Below, in pieces: positions 36,427 through 46,966 of a stretch of DNA of 64,000 nucleotides. The position numbers were made by a program, and so were the translations under genes. This stretch comes from Planctomycetota bacterium (GTDB lineage Bacteria > Planctomycetota > B15-G4): assembly GCA_029259715.1 (NCBI GenBank), contig JAJDEP010000003.1:301370-365369 (forward strand), in the 5' to 3' direction. The notes beneath the pieces were generated by a model. It saw nothing but the letters and a program-made list of their open reading frames with translations. It was not told the origin of the DNA and did no database searches. Positions within the stretch are counted from its first letter, which is position 1. Each line of letters begins with the position of its first letter.

Positions 36427-37780
36427 GGCGCAGCGCGTCCACGGGGTCCATCCGGCCGGCGCGCAGGGCCGGCCAGCTGCAGATGACGATGGAGAAGATC
36501 ACCGTCACGATGGCGACCTTCGCGTTGAGCATCAGGTCGAGCTCCGCCGGGATGTCCGTGAAGGCGTACACGTCCTTGCGGAAGATCTGGATGCCGAAGA
36601 GCGACTCGATACCGTCCTTCACCTGATTGATGTAGATCACCAGCGTGGTGCCCGCGGCCATGCCCAGCAGCCCGCCGAAGCCGGCCACCATGCCCGAGCA
36701 GGCGCCGAAGACGGCCGTGATGCCCCACGGGCTCGCGCCCATCGCCGCGAGGATGCCGATGTCGCGCACCTTCTCCTGCACCATCATGGTGAGCATCGAG
36801 AAGGTGATCGTGCAGGTCAGCAGGACGAAGAAGCCCAGCACGATGGCCAGGATGTTGCGCTCGTTCTCGACCGCGTTGAGGAAGATGCGGTGCCGATCGA
36901 GCCAGGTCTGCGTCACGGCGGGGATGCCGTCCTCGGCGAGCGTGATCGAGATCTGGTCGCGCACCTGGTCCAGCCCGGCAGCGTCCGTCTGCCCGATGTC
37001 GGCGCTGACCCGCACGTAGACCTCGGAGGCCTCCTGCGTCACGCCCGACCAGGCCTTGAAGGCCGCGCGCTCGATGAACACCTGGCGCACGTCGGTGTCG
37101 TAGTGGCCCGTGTTGAACGCGCCCGCGACGATGAACGTCTGGCTCGAGGCGGCGATCTGCGGCTCCGTCGCGAAGGGGTCGCCGTCGGTGGCGGTGACCA
37201 GCTCGAGGGCCATGCCCGGCCGCAGGTCGTGGTTCACCATGATGTCCTCGCCCAGGATCACCCGGCCCAGGCCGGCGTTGCGCAGACGCCGATCGAGGAT
37301 GCGCGAACGCTCGAAGGCGAACGGCGCCTCCGCATCCGCCACCGCGAGGGCCGGGTCGTCCACGTCGTCGAGGTAGGCGCGCAGCTTGGTCACCTCGAGC
37401 TCGTCCTCCGGCTCGATGCCCAGCACGATGAGTTGGTTGCTCGTGGCCATGAGCGAGCTGTTCATGCGGTTCCACACGGTGCCGTGCACCTTGAAGACCG
37501 CCGGCCTTACGAAGCGCGAGCACACCGCCTCGACGCCGTCGACGCCCACGATCAGCGTTTCCAGGCGCTCGCGGCTCCACGGCGAGCGCTGGCTCTCCCG
37601 CGGCGTGACGACGATGTCGGCGGTCGTGCCCCGGATCATCGCCCGGGTCTCGCCGAGGAAGCCGTTCATGATGCTCCACACCGTGATCAGCGCCATCACG
37701 GCCACGCCGATGGCGGCCACGGCCAGGTAGCTCACCGGACGTGAGACCATGTAGCGCACGGCGAGGAACAGCCGGAACAT
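36419..37780 (-). CDS. LolC/E-type (FtsX/MacB) ABC permease
   Basis: IGVAVMALITVWSIMNGF, EKVRDIGILAAMGAS, PALRAGRMDPVDALRHE. Confidence 0.88.
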   Translation of the reverse strand: MFRLFLAVRYMVSRPVSYLAVAAIGVAVMALITVWSIMNGFLGETRAMIRGTTADIVVTPRESQRSPWSRERLETLIVGVDGVEAVCSRFVRPAVFKVHGTVWNRMNSSLMATSNQLIVLGIEPEDELEVTKLRAYLDDVDDPALAVADAEAPFAFERSRILDRRLRNAGLGRVILGEDIMVNHDLRPGMALELVTATDGDPFATEPQIAASSQTFIVAGAFNTGHYDTDVRQVFIERAAFKAWSGVTQEASEVYVRVSADIGQTDAAGLDQVRDQISITLAEDGIPAVTQTWLDRHRIFLNAVENERNILAIVLGFFVLLTCTITFSMLTMMVQEKVRDIGILAAMGASPWGITAVFGACSGMVAGFGGLLGMAAGTTLVIYINQVKDGIESLFGIQIFRKDVYAFTDIPAELDLMLNAKVAIVTVIFSIVICSWPALRAGRMDPVDALRHE

Positions 37781-37782
37781 CT

Positions 37783-39399
37783 CTAGTTCCCGCCCGGCGT
37801 CGCGTCGTCCGTCAGCGTCTCTTCCGGTGCGCGTTCCGTCGCCGCCCCGTCCGCCGACTTGTCGTGCGGGCGCAGCAGCGGGAACAGGATCACGTCACGG
37901 ATCGTGGGCGTGCCCGTCAGCAACATCACCAACCGGTCGACGCCGATGCCGATGCCCGCCGCCGGCGGCATGCCGTAGCTCAGCGCCTCGACGTAGTCGT
38001 GATCGACCTCGGCCGGCAGCTCCGGGTCGCGTTGCGACACCTGCTCCTCGAAGCGCGCCAACTGCTCGGCGGGATCGTTGAGTTCCGAGAAGCCGTTGGC
38101 CACCTCCATGCGCCCGATGAACAGCTCGAAGCGCTCGGCGATGCGCCCGTCCTCGGGCGAGGCCTTGGCCAACGGGCTCAGCGCGACGGGGAAGTCCGTG
38201 ACGAAGGTGGGCTGTTCCAGGTGCGGCTCGACGCAGGCGGAGAAGAGGTCGTCGGCGATCTTGGCCGTGCCGCGCCCCTTCGTCTCGATGCCCCGCTTGG
38301 TGGCGGCCGCGGCCACGGCGACGTCGTCGAACACATCGACGCCGGCGTGCTCGAGCAGCAGCTCTCCGTATCCGCGGCGCGCGAAGGGAACGCTCATGTC
38401 GAGGCAGCTCCCTTCCCAGAGCAGCTCGTGGGACTCGGCGGCCTCGCCAACCCCGTCCTCGCCTTCATCCGCATCACCGCCCGCCCCTTCGACCGCACCC
38501 GCATCCGCCGCCGGGGCCCTGCGCCCGAGCTGTCCGTGGTCACGCACGAGCTCGGCGATGATTAACTCGCACAGCGACATCCAGTCGTCACCGCGGGCAT
38601 AGGCCCAGTAGGCCTCGAGCATGGTGAACTCGGGATTGTGGCGCGGCGACAGCCCCTCGTTGCGGAAGTTGCGCCCAATCTCGAACACGCGCTCGAAGCC
38701 GCCGACCAGCAGCCGCTTGAGATAGAGCTCGGGGGCGATGCGCAGGTAGAGGTCGAGGTCGAGGGTGTTGTGGTGGGTCACAAACGGGCGCGCGGCGGCT
38801 CCCCCCGCGATGGGGTGCAACATGGGCGTCTCGACCTCGAGGAAGTGCTCGCCCTCCAGGCGCCGCCGCTGGGCGGCCACGATGGCCGAGCGCTCGGCGA
38901 AACGCCGCAGGCTCTCGGGATTGGCGGCCAGGTCGACGTAGCGCTTGCGCAGCCGGGTCTCGATGTCGGCCAGCCCGTAGTGCTCCTTGGGCATGCCCAG
39001 CATCGACTTGGTGAGCAGCCGGACGCCGTCGGCGAACACCGTGTCCTCACCCTTGCGCGTGCGGCTGAAGTCGCCCTCGATGGAGAGGAAGTCGCCCAGG
39101 TCGAGGTTGTTGCGGAAGAGCTGGTAGCGCTCGGGGCCCACCCGCTTCTTCTGCAGATAGACCTGACAGCGCCCCGTGGCATCGCGCAGGTCCACGAACA
39201 TGCTGTTGCCGTGATCCCGGTGGGCCGTCACCCGCCCGGCGATGACCACCTTGGCCGGCGGCTCGGCCCCCGCGTCCTCCTGCTCGAGGATGTCGGCGAT
39301 CCAGCGGCGCCCCTCGAAGCCGGAGCCGGGGCCGTAGGGCGGCTCTCCTGCCTCCGAGAAGGATGCCAGCTTGGCGAATCGGTCTGCGGAGGCTTCCAT
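37783..39399 (-). CDS. lysS: Lysine--tRNA ligase (class II)
   Basis: OB fold; FLEVETPML, GGAAARPFVTHHN, YLRIAPELYLKRL, FRNEG, HNPEFTMLE, YGMPPAAGIGIGVDRL. Confidence 0.96.
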   Translation of the reverse strand: MEASADRFAKLASFSEAGEPPYGPGSGFEGRRWIADILEQEDAGAEPPAKVVIAGRVTAHRDHGNSMFVDLRDATGRCQVYLQKKRVGPERYQLFRNNLDLGDFLSIEGDFSRTRKGEDTVFADGVRLLTKSMLGMPKEHYGLADIETRLRKRYVDLAANPESLRRFAERSAIVAAQRRRLEGEHFLEVETPMLHPIAGGAAARPFVTHHNTLDLDLYLRIAPELYLKRLLVGGFERVFEIGRNFRNEGLSPRHNPEFTMLEAYWAYARGDDWMSLCELIIAELVRDHGQLGRRAPAADAGAVEGAGGDADEGEDGVGEAAESHELLWEGSCLDMSVPFARRGYGELLLEHAGVDVFDDVAVAAAATKRGIETKGRGTAKIADDLFSACVEPHLEQPTFVTDFPVALSPLAKASPEDGRIAERFELFIGRMEVANGFSELNDPAEQLARFEEQVSQRDPELPAEVDHDYVEALSYGMPPAAGIGIGVDRLVMLLTGTPTIRDVILFPLLRPHDKSADGAATERAPEETLTDDATPGGN

Positions 39400-39518
39400 C
39401 GGCGTGATTCTAGTGAGCGCGCCGCCCCGGCCTCAACGACGAACGGTGCGATAGCGCTTGATACCCTCCCCGCCGCGGTGGACCATGTGCGGCCTTTTCA
39501 CCCGAGCGAAGCAGTGCC

Positions 39519-40862
39519 ATGACAGCCACCCTCAAGGTCGACGGTCCCTGCCGCCGCACACTGTCCTTCAGCATCGAGCGCCAGCAGCTCGACCAACGCA
39601 TCGAGGCGCGCCTGCGCGATGTCGCCAGCCGCACCCCGATCAAGGGCTTCCGCCCGGGCAAGGCGCCCCTCGAGGTGATCCGCCGCTCCCACGGCAAGGA
39701 GATCACGGAGGACGCGCGCCACGGGCTCATCTCCGAGGCCCTCGGTGATGCGGTCAAGGAGCACGATCTGCACCTCGTCGGCGACCCCGAGCTCGACCCG
39801 GCCGACATCGTGGACGACGGCGCCGGCCCCATCTCCTTCGATGTGAAGGTCGAGGTGGCCCCGGACTTCGAGTTGGGCGACCTCTCGACCCTGTCCGTCA
39901 CCGTGCAGGTGCCGGCGGTCGACGACACCATGGTCCAGCGCGAGCTGGACGCCTTCCGCCAGTCCCAGGCGCAGCCCGAGGACGCCCCCGAGGGCGCCGT
40001 CATCGAGGAGTCCGACCTGCTCGAGGCCACCGTGGCCTACACGGTCGACGGCGAGGCCCTCGAGCCCCGCACCGACCGGCGCGTGGTCGTGAAGCAGGAG
40101 GTCGTCGACGGCGTTGTCATCGAAGGGGCCCGGGACGCGCTGCTCGGCAAGGCCGTGGGCGACACCGTCGAGCTCGACGCCACCCTGCCCGAGCACTTCG
40201 AGCCCACCGCGTTGGCCGGCAAGTCCGCCCACCTCGCCGTGACCATCGATCGCCACCGGCGCCTGGCGGACGGCGTGCTCGACGCCGAGACCCTCAAGAA
40301 CGCCGGCGTCAGCAGCGAGGACGAGCTGCGCGAGAAGATCCGCGAGCACCTGGACACGCAGGTCAAGCGCGTCCGCGACCAGCAGGCCGACCGGGCCCTC
40401 GAAGACCGCCTGCGCGAGCTGGTCAGCTTCGAGCTGCCCGAGCGCATGGTCGAGACCAGCATCGAGAAGCGGGTCCACGAGTATGCCCATCGCCTCATGG
40501 AGCAGCAGAAGCTGGGCAGCGAGGAGGGCCACCAGGCCGCCGAGGCCGAGCGTGAGAAGATCGCCGAGATGGTCCGAGCGGGCCTCAAGGCATCCTTCAT
40601 CTTCGCGCGCATCGCCCGCGAGAAGGAGCTGGGAGCCAGCCCGGAAGAGGCTGAGGCCCACATCCGCTCCCTCGGGGCCATGTCCGGCCAGGATGGCGAG
40701 GAGTTGCTCAAGCGGGCCTGGAGCGAGGGCTGGATCCGCGACGTCGTCGCCCAGCTCACCGAAGAGAAGACGCGCAGTTGGCTGCGCGAAAACGCCGATA
40801 TCAAGGAGGAGGAGCTCCCCGCCATGCCGGAGAGCGAATCCGAAGGCCTCGCCGAGGCCTGA
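39519..40862 (+). CDS. tig: Trigger factor
   Basis: [10 protein letters not shown] ribosome-binding motif; upstream of clpP-clpX. Confidence 0.92.
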   Translation: MTATLKVDGPCRRTLSFSIERQQLDQRIEARLRDVASRTPIKGFRPGKAPLEVIRRSHGKEITEDARHGLISEALGDAVKEHDLHLVGDPELDPADIVDDGAGPISFDVKVEVAPDFELGDLSTLSVTVQVPAVDDTMVQRELDAFRQSQAQPEDAPEGAVIEESDLLEATVAYTVDGEALEPRTDRRVVVKQEVVDGVVIEGARDALLGKAVGDTVELDATLPEHFEPTALAGKSAHLAVTIDRHRRLADGVLDAETLKNAGVSSEDELREKIREHLDTQVKRVRDQQADRALEDRLRELVSFELPERMVETSIEKRVHEYAHRLMEQQKLGSEEGHQAAEAEREKIAEMVRAGLKASFIFARIAREKELGASPEEAEAHIRSLGAMSGQDGEELLKRAWSEGWIRDVVAQLTEEKTRSWLRENADIKEEELPAMPESESEGLAEA

Positions 40863-40887
40863 GAGCAGACCGGAACGGGATCCACCC

Positions 40888-41514
40888 ATGAGTGCGAAGA
40901 GCGACAAGCAAGCCGCGCAGGCCTTCTACCCCATCCCCTACGTCATCGAGAAGACGGGGCGTGGTGAACGGGCCTATGACATCTACAGCCGGCTGCTCGA
41001 AGACCGGATCATCTTCATCGGCACCGGCATCGACGATCACGTGGCCAATGCCGTGGTCGCCCAACTGCTCTTCCTGGAGACGGAGAACCGCTCCCAGGAC
41101 GTGAACATGTACATCAACTCGCCGGGCGGCGTGGTCACCTCGGGCCTCGCGATCTACGACGCCATGCAGCACGTGCAATGCCCGGTGGCCACCTTCTGCA
41201 TCGGTCAGGCCGCGAGCATGGGCGCGGTGTTGCTCACGGCCGGGACGAAAGGCAAGCGCCACATCCTGCCCCACTCGCGCGTCATGATTCACCAGCCCTG
41301 GGGCGGCGCCGGCGGAACGGCCTCCGACATCCGCATCCAGACGGACGAGATCCTCAAGCTGAAGACCAACCTCAACAAGATCATCGCCCACCACTCGGGC
41401 CAGTCGATCAAGAAGGTCGAGAAGGACACCGACCGCGACCGTTACCTATCAGCCGAAGAGGCGGTGGAGTATGGTCTGGTCGACGAGATCATCCACCCGG
41501 CCAAGGCCAGCTGA
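40888..41514 (+). CDS. clpP: ATP-dependent Clp protease proteolytic subunit
   Basis: [38 protein letters not shown]. Confidence 0.96.
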   Translation: MSAKSDKQAAQAFYPIPYVIEKTGRGERAYDIYSRLLEDRIIFIGTGIDDHVANAVVAQLLFLETENRSQDVNMYINSPGGVVTSGLAIYDAMQHVQCPVATFCIGQAASMGAVLLTAGTKGKRHILPHSRVMIHQPWGGAGGTASDIRIQTDEILKLKTNLNKIIAHHSGQSIKKVEKDTDRDRYLSAEEAVEYGLVDEIIHPAKAS

Positions 41515-41571
41515 CCACGACGTGGGTCCGGCCGGGCCGACGACAACGAGACGCGACGACCGCAGGACGCC

Positions 41572-42876
41572 ATGAAGGGCACGGACGGCCGACAGAACGA
41601 AGAACGCTGCGCCTTCTGCGCGAAGAGTCGGCGCCAGGTCCAGAACCTCATCGCTGGGCCGCCGGGCGTCTACATCTGCAATGAGTGCGTCGACCTGTGC
41701 AACACCATCCTGGTCGAGCGGCGCACTCCCGAGACCGAGACGCCGACCGGCGGCATCGAGCTCAACGCCGATCAGCTGCCGTTCCCGAGCAAGATCCACG
41801 CCGATCTCGAGCAGTACGTCATCGGCCAGGACCACGCCAAGCGCGTGCTCTCGGTCGCCGTCTACAGCCACTACCGCCGGTTGTTCGCCCGGCAGACCAT
41901 CGATGAGAGCGAGCGCGGCGTCGAGATCGACAAGAGCAACGTGCTGCTCGTCGGCCCCACGGGCTCGGGCAAGACGCTGCTGGCCCGCACCCTGGCGCAG
42001 ATCCTCGACGTGCCCTTCGCCATCGCGGACGCCACGACGCTGACCGAGGCCGGCTACGTCGGCGAGGATGTCGAGAACATCGTCCTCAAGCTGGTCCAGT
42101 CGGCCGACTACAACATCGAGCGCGCGCAGCAGGGCATCATCTTCGTCGACGAGATCGACAAGATCGCCCGGACCACGAGCAACGTCTCAATCACCCGCGA
42201 CGTCTCCGGCGAGGGCGTGCAACAGGCCCTGCTGAAGCTGCTCGAGGGCACGGTGGCCAACGTGCCCCCGCAGGGCGGTCGCAAGCACCCTGAGCAGCAA
42301 TACATCCAGGTGGACACGCGCGACATCCTGTTCATCTGCGGCGGCACCTTCTCGGGCATCGACGAGATCGTCGCCCGGCGCGTCGGCCGCGGCTCGATCG
42401 GCCTGCATAAGAACCGCGACGGTGATCCCGACCTCGTAGCCGCCGAGGACACCAATGCGCTCATCGCCAAGGTCACCACAGAAGACCTGGTCGAGTACGG
42501 CCTGATCCCCGAGTTCGTCGGGCGCCTGCCGATCATCGCGCCGCTCTCGTCGCTGAACACCGAGGAATTGGTCAAGACGCTGACGCAACCCAAGAACGCC
42601 CTCGTGCGCCAGTACCAGTTCCTGTTCGGGCTCGAAGACTGCGAACTCGAGATCACCATGGATGCGCTGAGGTCTGTCGCCGAGCGCGCGCTCAAGCTGA
42701 AGACCGGCGTCCGGGCGGCCCGGTCCATCATCGAGAGCATGATGCTCGACCTGGTCTACGACCTGCCCGAGAAGGGCCCCGGGTTGCGCTACGTCGTCAC
42801 CAAGGAGTTCGTGCAGGACCAGGCTCCCGTGACCATCGTGCCGCTCGAGCCGGGCGCCCAGCCCAAGTCGGCCTGA
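41572..42876 (+). CDS. clpX: ATP-dependent Clp protease ATP-binding subunit
   Basis: C4 zinc finger, [37 protein letters not shown]. Confidence 0.97.
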   Translation: MKGTDGRQNEERCAFCAKSRRQVQNLIAGPPGVYICNECVDLCNTILVERRTPETETPTGGIELNADQLPFPSKIHADLEQYVIGQDHAKRVLSVAVYSHYRRLFARQTIDESERGVEIDKSNVLLVGPTGSGKTLLARTLAQILDVPFAIADATTLTEAGYVGEDVENIVLKLVQSADYNIERAQQGIIFVDEIDKIARTTSNVSITRDVSGEGVQQALLKLLEGTVANVPPQGGRKHPEQQYIQVDTRDILFICGGTFSGIDEIVARRVGRGSIGLHKNRDGDPDLVAAEDTNALIAKVTTEDLVEYGLIPEFVGRLPIIAPLSSLNTEELVKTLTQPKNALVRQYQFLFGLEDCELEITMDALRSVAERALKLKTGVRAARSIIESMMLDLVYDLPEKGPGLRYVVTKEFVQDQAPVTIVPLEPGAQPKSA

Positions 42877-42886
42877 CCGCGTCGCG

Positions 42887-43978
42887 GTGGCACAAGCCAC
42901 GACGGAAGGCGCAGGGCGGCGCAAGCCGGCCCTCACCGACCTGAGCGTCGGTGGATTCGCGCTGCTGGCGGACATGCCCGGCGCACGCTCGTTCACGCCC
43001 GGTCAGGTGCGCCGCTGGGTGCTGCAGCGCGGCGCCCGGGACTTCGATGCGATGACGGACCTGGGCAAGGGACTCCGGACCGCTCTCTCCGAGCACTGGA
43101 GCGTGCGGGGAGGCACCCTGCTCCGGCGGCACGAGAGCATCGACGGGACCGTCGGCCTGGTGACCCGCCTGCACGACGGAGAAATCATCGAGTCCGTCGT
43201 CATCCCCGAAGCGGAGCGACGCACGCTGTGCCTCTCGAGTCAGGTCGGCTGCGCGGTCGGATGCGTGTTCTGCGCCAGCGGCATCGGCGGCATGGTGCGC
43301 AACCTGTCGGCCGGCGAGATCGTCGAGCAGGTGCTCACAGCCCGCGACGAGAGCGGCGACGAGCCCATCACCAACTTCGTGTTCATGGGTTCCGGCGAGC
43401 CCACCCACAACCTGTCCGCCGTGGTCTCCGCCATCGAGACGATGAACTCGCCCGATGGCCTGGGGATCGGAGCCCGACGCATCACCGTGTCGACCGTGGG
43501 CCACCCGGCGTCGGTGCGACGTTTGGCCCAGGTGCCGATCCCCTTCAACCTCGCCCTCTCGGTCCACGCCCCCACCGATGCAGCGCGTGAACAGCTCATG
43601 CCCGGGCTCGGCCGCTCCGACCTCGGCGAGACCCTGAAGGCGGCCCGCGATCGCTTCGATGCCAGCGGCCGACGCATCACAGTGGAGGCGGTCGTTCTCG
43701 ACGGCGTCAACGACCGCGATGAGGACGGCCACGCCTTCGCCGACCTGCTGACCGGACTGCCCGTCATGGTCAACCTGATCCCCTGGAATCCGGTCGACGA
43801 CCTCGATCTGCGCGCGCCCCGCGCCGAACGAGTGGAGGCGCTGCGGTCGATCCTGCAGCAGTCCGGCGTGGAGGTCACCGTCCGCCGTCCGCGCGGCCAG
43901 GACGTCGGTGTGGCCTGCGGCCAGCTGCGACGCCGGGCCCTCGATCCGTCCGACGAAGAGGAAGAGCAGCGGCGCTAG
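42887..43978 (+). CDS. rlmN: 23S rRNA/tRNA m2A radical-SAM methyltransferase
   Basis: LCLSSQVGCAVGCVFCASG, RNLSAGEI, FMGSGEP, ITVSTVG, NLIPWNP, ACGQL. Confidence 0.9.
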   Translation: MAQATTEGAGRRKPALTDLSVGGFALLADMPGARSFTPGQVRRWVLQRGARDFDAMTDLGKGLRTALSEHWSVRGGTLLRRHESIDGTVGLVTRLHDGEIIESVVIPEAERRTLCLSSQVGCAVGCVFCASGIGGMVRNLSAGEIVEQVLTARDESGDEPITNFVFMGSGEPTHNLSAVVSAIETMNSPDGLGIGARRITVSTVGHPASVRRLAQVPIPFNLALSVHAPTDAAREQLMPGLGRSDLGETLKAARDRFDASGRRITVEAVVLDGVNDRDEDGHAFADLLTGLPVMVNLIPWNPVDDLDLRAPRAERVEALRSILQQSGVEVTVRRPRGQDVGVACGQLRRRALDPSDEEEEQRR

Positions 43979-43985
43979 GGCCCCG

Positions 43986-44831
43986 TCAGCGGCCGTCGGC
44001 ACTCTCGGGAAGGCGCTGGAACTGCGTCCGCAGGAGACCCGACTCGGCCAACTCCTGCAGGCGTCCTTCGGTCAGCAGGAACAGGTGCATCTTCTCGCCC
44101 GGTTGGCTCGGCACTTCGACCTGCTGCACGGCCACCTTCATCTTGCCGTCGAAGTGCAGTCCCAGCATCTCTTCGAGCTGGCCGATGCTCAGCTGGGGCG
44201 TTCCGGTCATGAAGCGGTCGTCGAGGGAGAGACCGCTGGTGTTCATGGGACTGTGGTTCATCGGGCCGATGCGACCCGAGAGGCTTCCGCCGGAAGCGGG
44301 CGTGCCCTGCGCTCCGTCACCGAAGGCCGGCAGACCCGAGCCTCCGACATCCCGGATCGATGGCGCCGGCCAACCGATGGCCTGGCGATCGCCTTCGGCC
44401 CGGGGCGCCTCGACGACATCGTCGGCGACGAGCGGCAGGTCCGAGAGCGTCCGGGGTCCGGAGCCGCTGCTCTCGAGATTGAGCGTCACCGCCAGGCCGG
44501 CCACGGCCAACACGGCGGCCGCCGCCAACACGCGCGGGAGACGCAAGACGGATGCGCGGGGCGGAACGGCCACGGGGCCGACCTCGCCGGAGCGCACGCG
44601 CGCCATGACGTCCTCGGTGAATCCGTCGAGGATCCCCTCGGGGAGCGGCTCTTCGGCCGCCGCGCGCAGCTGGCCTCGCAGTGATGCCAGCTCGCGAAAC
44701 TCGCGGAAGCAGTTGAGGCAAGCGTGCAGGTGCTCGTCCACGGCGGCCTGGTGGCGCGTGTCGAGATCGCCGCCGGCATGCAGGGGGAGCATCCGAGAAA
44801 CAGTCGTGCAGTCGTATCGCCGGAACATCAT
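43986..44831 (-). CDS. zf-HC2 membrane-anchored anti-sigma factor
   Basis: HLHACLNC (HxxxCxxC), followed by TM LAAAAVLAVAGLAV; directly downstream of an ECF sigma gene. Confidence 0.82.
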   Translation of the reverse strand: MMFRRYDCTTVSRMLPLHAGGDLDTRHQAAVDEHLHACLNCFREFRELASLRGQLRAAAEEPLPEGILDGFTEDVMARVRSGEVGPVAVPPRASVLRLPRVLAAAAVLAVAGLAVTLNLESSGSGPRTLSDLPLVADDVVEAPRAEGDRQAIGWPAPSIRDVGGSGLPAFGDGAQGTPASGGSLSGRIGPMNHSPMNTSGLSLDDRFMTGTPQLSIGQLEEMLGLHFDGKMKVAVQQVEVPSQPGEKMHLFLLTEGRLQELAESGLLRTQFQRLPESADGR

Positions 44832-44838
44832 GGTGCCT

Positions 44839-45474
44839 TCAGGAGCTCAAGGGTGTGTCGGTATTTGTATCGGTCGTGCGTTGCAGTCGGGCCCGGGCTT
44901 CGTTCGCGCGGCGGCTCTCGAGCCGGTCCCAGCTCTCGCGGAATTGCTTGCGAGCAACATGCAGACGCCACCGGACGGTGGCGTGTGAGATCCCGCTGAT
45001 GTCGGAGATCTGCTTGCTCGACAAGCCCTCGAGGTCGCGCAGGGCGAGCACGGTGCGGTACTTCTCGTCGAGGGTGGCCAGCACGGCGCGGACCCGCCCG
45101 GAGAGCTCCCGCTGGGACTCGCGGTATTGGGGCGCGATGTCGTGTCCGCCATCGGCGAGTCCTTCGCGCAGCACCTCGATGTCGACGCCCTTGTGCCGCT
45201 TGTTGCGGCGCAGGTGGTCGATGGCCAGGTTCACCGTGATGCGGTAGAGCCACGTGGTGAAGGCCATCGAGAAGTCGAAGCGCTCGAGCGCGCGCCAGAC
45301 CCGGACGAAGGCTTCCTGGGCGACGTCGCGGGCCGCCTCGGCGTTGCCGACCACCCGGTAGGCGGCCCAGAAGGCGCGTTCCTGATGCCGGCCCACCAAG
45401 GCCGCGAAGGCGTCCTCATCGCCCGTCAGGCACTCACGGATGATCTCGTGGTCTTCTTGACGGGATTGGGACAT
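44839..45474 (-). CDS. ECF sigma-70 factor (SigW/SigE-like)
   Basis: DVAQEAFVR, FTTWLYRITVNLAID, LRDLEGLS...TVRWRLHVAR. Confidence 0.9.
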   Translation of the reverse strand: MSQSRQEDHEIIRECLTGDEDAFAALVGRHQERAFWAAYRVVGNAEAARDVAQEAFVRVWRALERFDFSMAFTTWLYRITVNLAIDHLRRNKRHKGVDIEVLREGLADGGHDIAPQYRESQRELSGRVRAVLATLDEKYRTVLALRDLEGLSSKQISDISGISHATVRWRLHVARKQFRESWDRLESRRANEARARLQRTTDTNTDTPLSS

Positions 45475-45672
45475 CGAGCCCCCGGCGGGTGCCTGTTGGC
45501 GGCGCAGAGCAAGGTCGGAGGCGGGCATCGCCCCCACCTACGGTAGGAGCCTGATCGCTGATGGGCACCGAGACAACTTTCTTGCCCGGAATCGCCCCGG
45601 GTTCGCCCGATCCGCGAGGCTGCGACCGACCCGGAGGGCTCCAGGAGACACTCGAGGGGGCCTGGAGGCCGC

Positions 45673-46815
45673 TCAGACGCCCGTGAAGCGGCCGATGGCC
45701 CGGTAGCGGGCATGCCGACCGGCCACCAACTCCTCGGGCGTGAGCCCCCCCAACTCGTCGAGGTGACGCTCGATGGCGCTGCCCAGGGTCTCCGCCATGG
45801 CATCCGGATCCCGATGCGCCCCTCCTGCGGGCTCGAGCAGCCGTTCGTCGGCCAGTCCGAGCTCCACCAGGAAGGCCGGATCGAGCCGCAGCGCGATGGC
45901 GGCGTCCTCGGCCCGTGAGCCATCCTTCCAGAGGATCGAAGCGCAGCCCTCGGGAGAGATCACCGAGTAGTACGAGTTCTCGAGCACGATCAGGCGGTCA
46001 CAGACCCCGATCCCCAGAGCACCGCCGCTGCCGCCCTCGCCGATGACGGCGCTCACCACCGGCACCTTCAGGCGCGCCATCTCGAAGATGTTCCACGCGA
46101 TGGCCGAGGCCTGGCCCCGTTCCTCCGCCCCGATCCCGGGGTAGGCCCCGGGCGTGTTGATCAGCGTGATGATGGGCAGACCCAACCGCTCGGCCAGCTT
46201 CATGCAGCGCATGGCCTTGCGGTAGCCCTCGGGATGGGCACAACCCCAGTTGCACGCGATGCGCTCCGCGGTCGACTTGCCCTTGCGATGGGCCACCAGC
46301 ATGACCCGCCGGCCGCTCCGCTGAGAGGTGGCGAAGGCCACCAGGATCGCCCGGTCGTCGGCGTAGTGGCGATCGCCGTGAAGCTCGATGACGTCGTTGA
46401 AGAGCCTCTCGACGTAGTCCCCCGTCACCGGGCGCTCGACGTGCCGGCTGAGTTGCACCCGCTGCCAGACCGTGAGCTGCGACTGCATTTCGGCCAGGGC
46501 CTGGTCGCGCTCGCCGATCAAGGCCGCGATCTCCGGCGTGTCGACCAGCTCGGCCACCGGTTCGGGCAGACTTTCGGCCGCGTCCTTCCGGGCGGCACTC
46601 CCCTTGCCCTTGGCCTTGCCTTTGGCCTTGGAACCCTTCTTGGCCTCCTTGCGAGACTCCTCGGCCTGGACCTTGGCCGCCTTGGTGGCGGCCTCCTCGG
46701 CAGCCTCCCGAGCCTCCGCCCGCAGTCCCTCGATCTTGAGATCGAGTTCCCGCACGGGTCGCTCGAACGCCAGGGCGTTCTTGAGCGGGTCGACCTTGGA
46801 GCGCGACAACGCCAT
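45673..46815 (-). CDS. accA: Acetyl-CoA carboxylase carboxyltransferase alpha subunit
   Basis: FERPVREL, ELHGDR, PEGYRKA, TPGAYPGIGAEERGQ, GEGGSGGAL, YSVISPEGCASILW. Confidence 0.95.
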   Translation of the reverse strand: MALSRSKVDPLKNALAFERPVRELDLKIEGLRAEAREAAEEAATKAAKVQAEESRKEAKKGSKAKGKAKGKGSAARKDAAESLPEPVAELVDTPEIAALIGERDQALAEMQSQLTVWQRVQLSRHVERPVTGDYVERLFNDVIELHGDRHYADDRAILVAFATSQRSGRRVMLVAHRKGKSTAERIACNWGCAHPEGYRKAMRCMKLAERLGLPIITLINTPGAYPGIGAEERGQASAIAWNIFEMARLKVPVVSAVIGEGGSGGALGIGVCDRLIVLENSYYSVISPEGCASILWKDGSRAEDAAIALRLDPAFLVELGLADERLLEPAGGAHRDPDAMAETLGSAIERHLDELGGLTPEELVAGRHARYRAIGRFTGV

Positions 46816-46966
46816 GACGCGGAATCCTACCCTTCGCCGTCCGGCCGGCGCACCCTCCGGCGCGCCCCACTTCTCGCCGCCTCCCCGGGACCCCGAACAC
46901 AGCCCGTGCGCCCTGCCAACGGGACGGGCCGTTCGCTAGCATGGTCGACTTCCTCCAAGGGCCCCG

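Noticed and set aside
43381-43401. RlmN MGSGEP in place of MGMGEP, as a sign of a Cfr-like or altered enzyme
   Set aside because: All catalytic cysteines and the other RlmN motifs are intact and the context is housekeeping; a single substitution is insufficient evidence.
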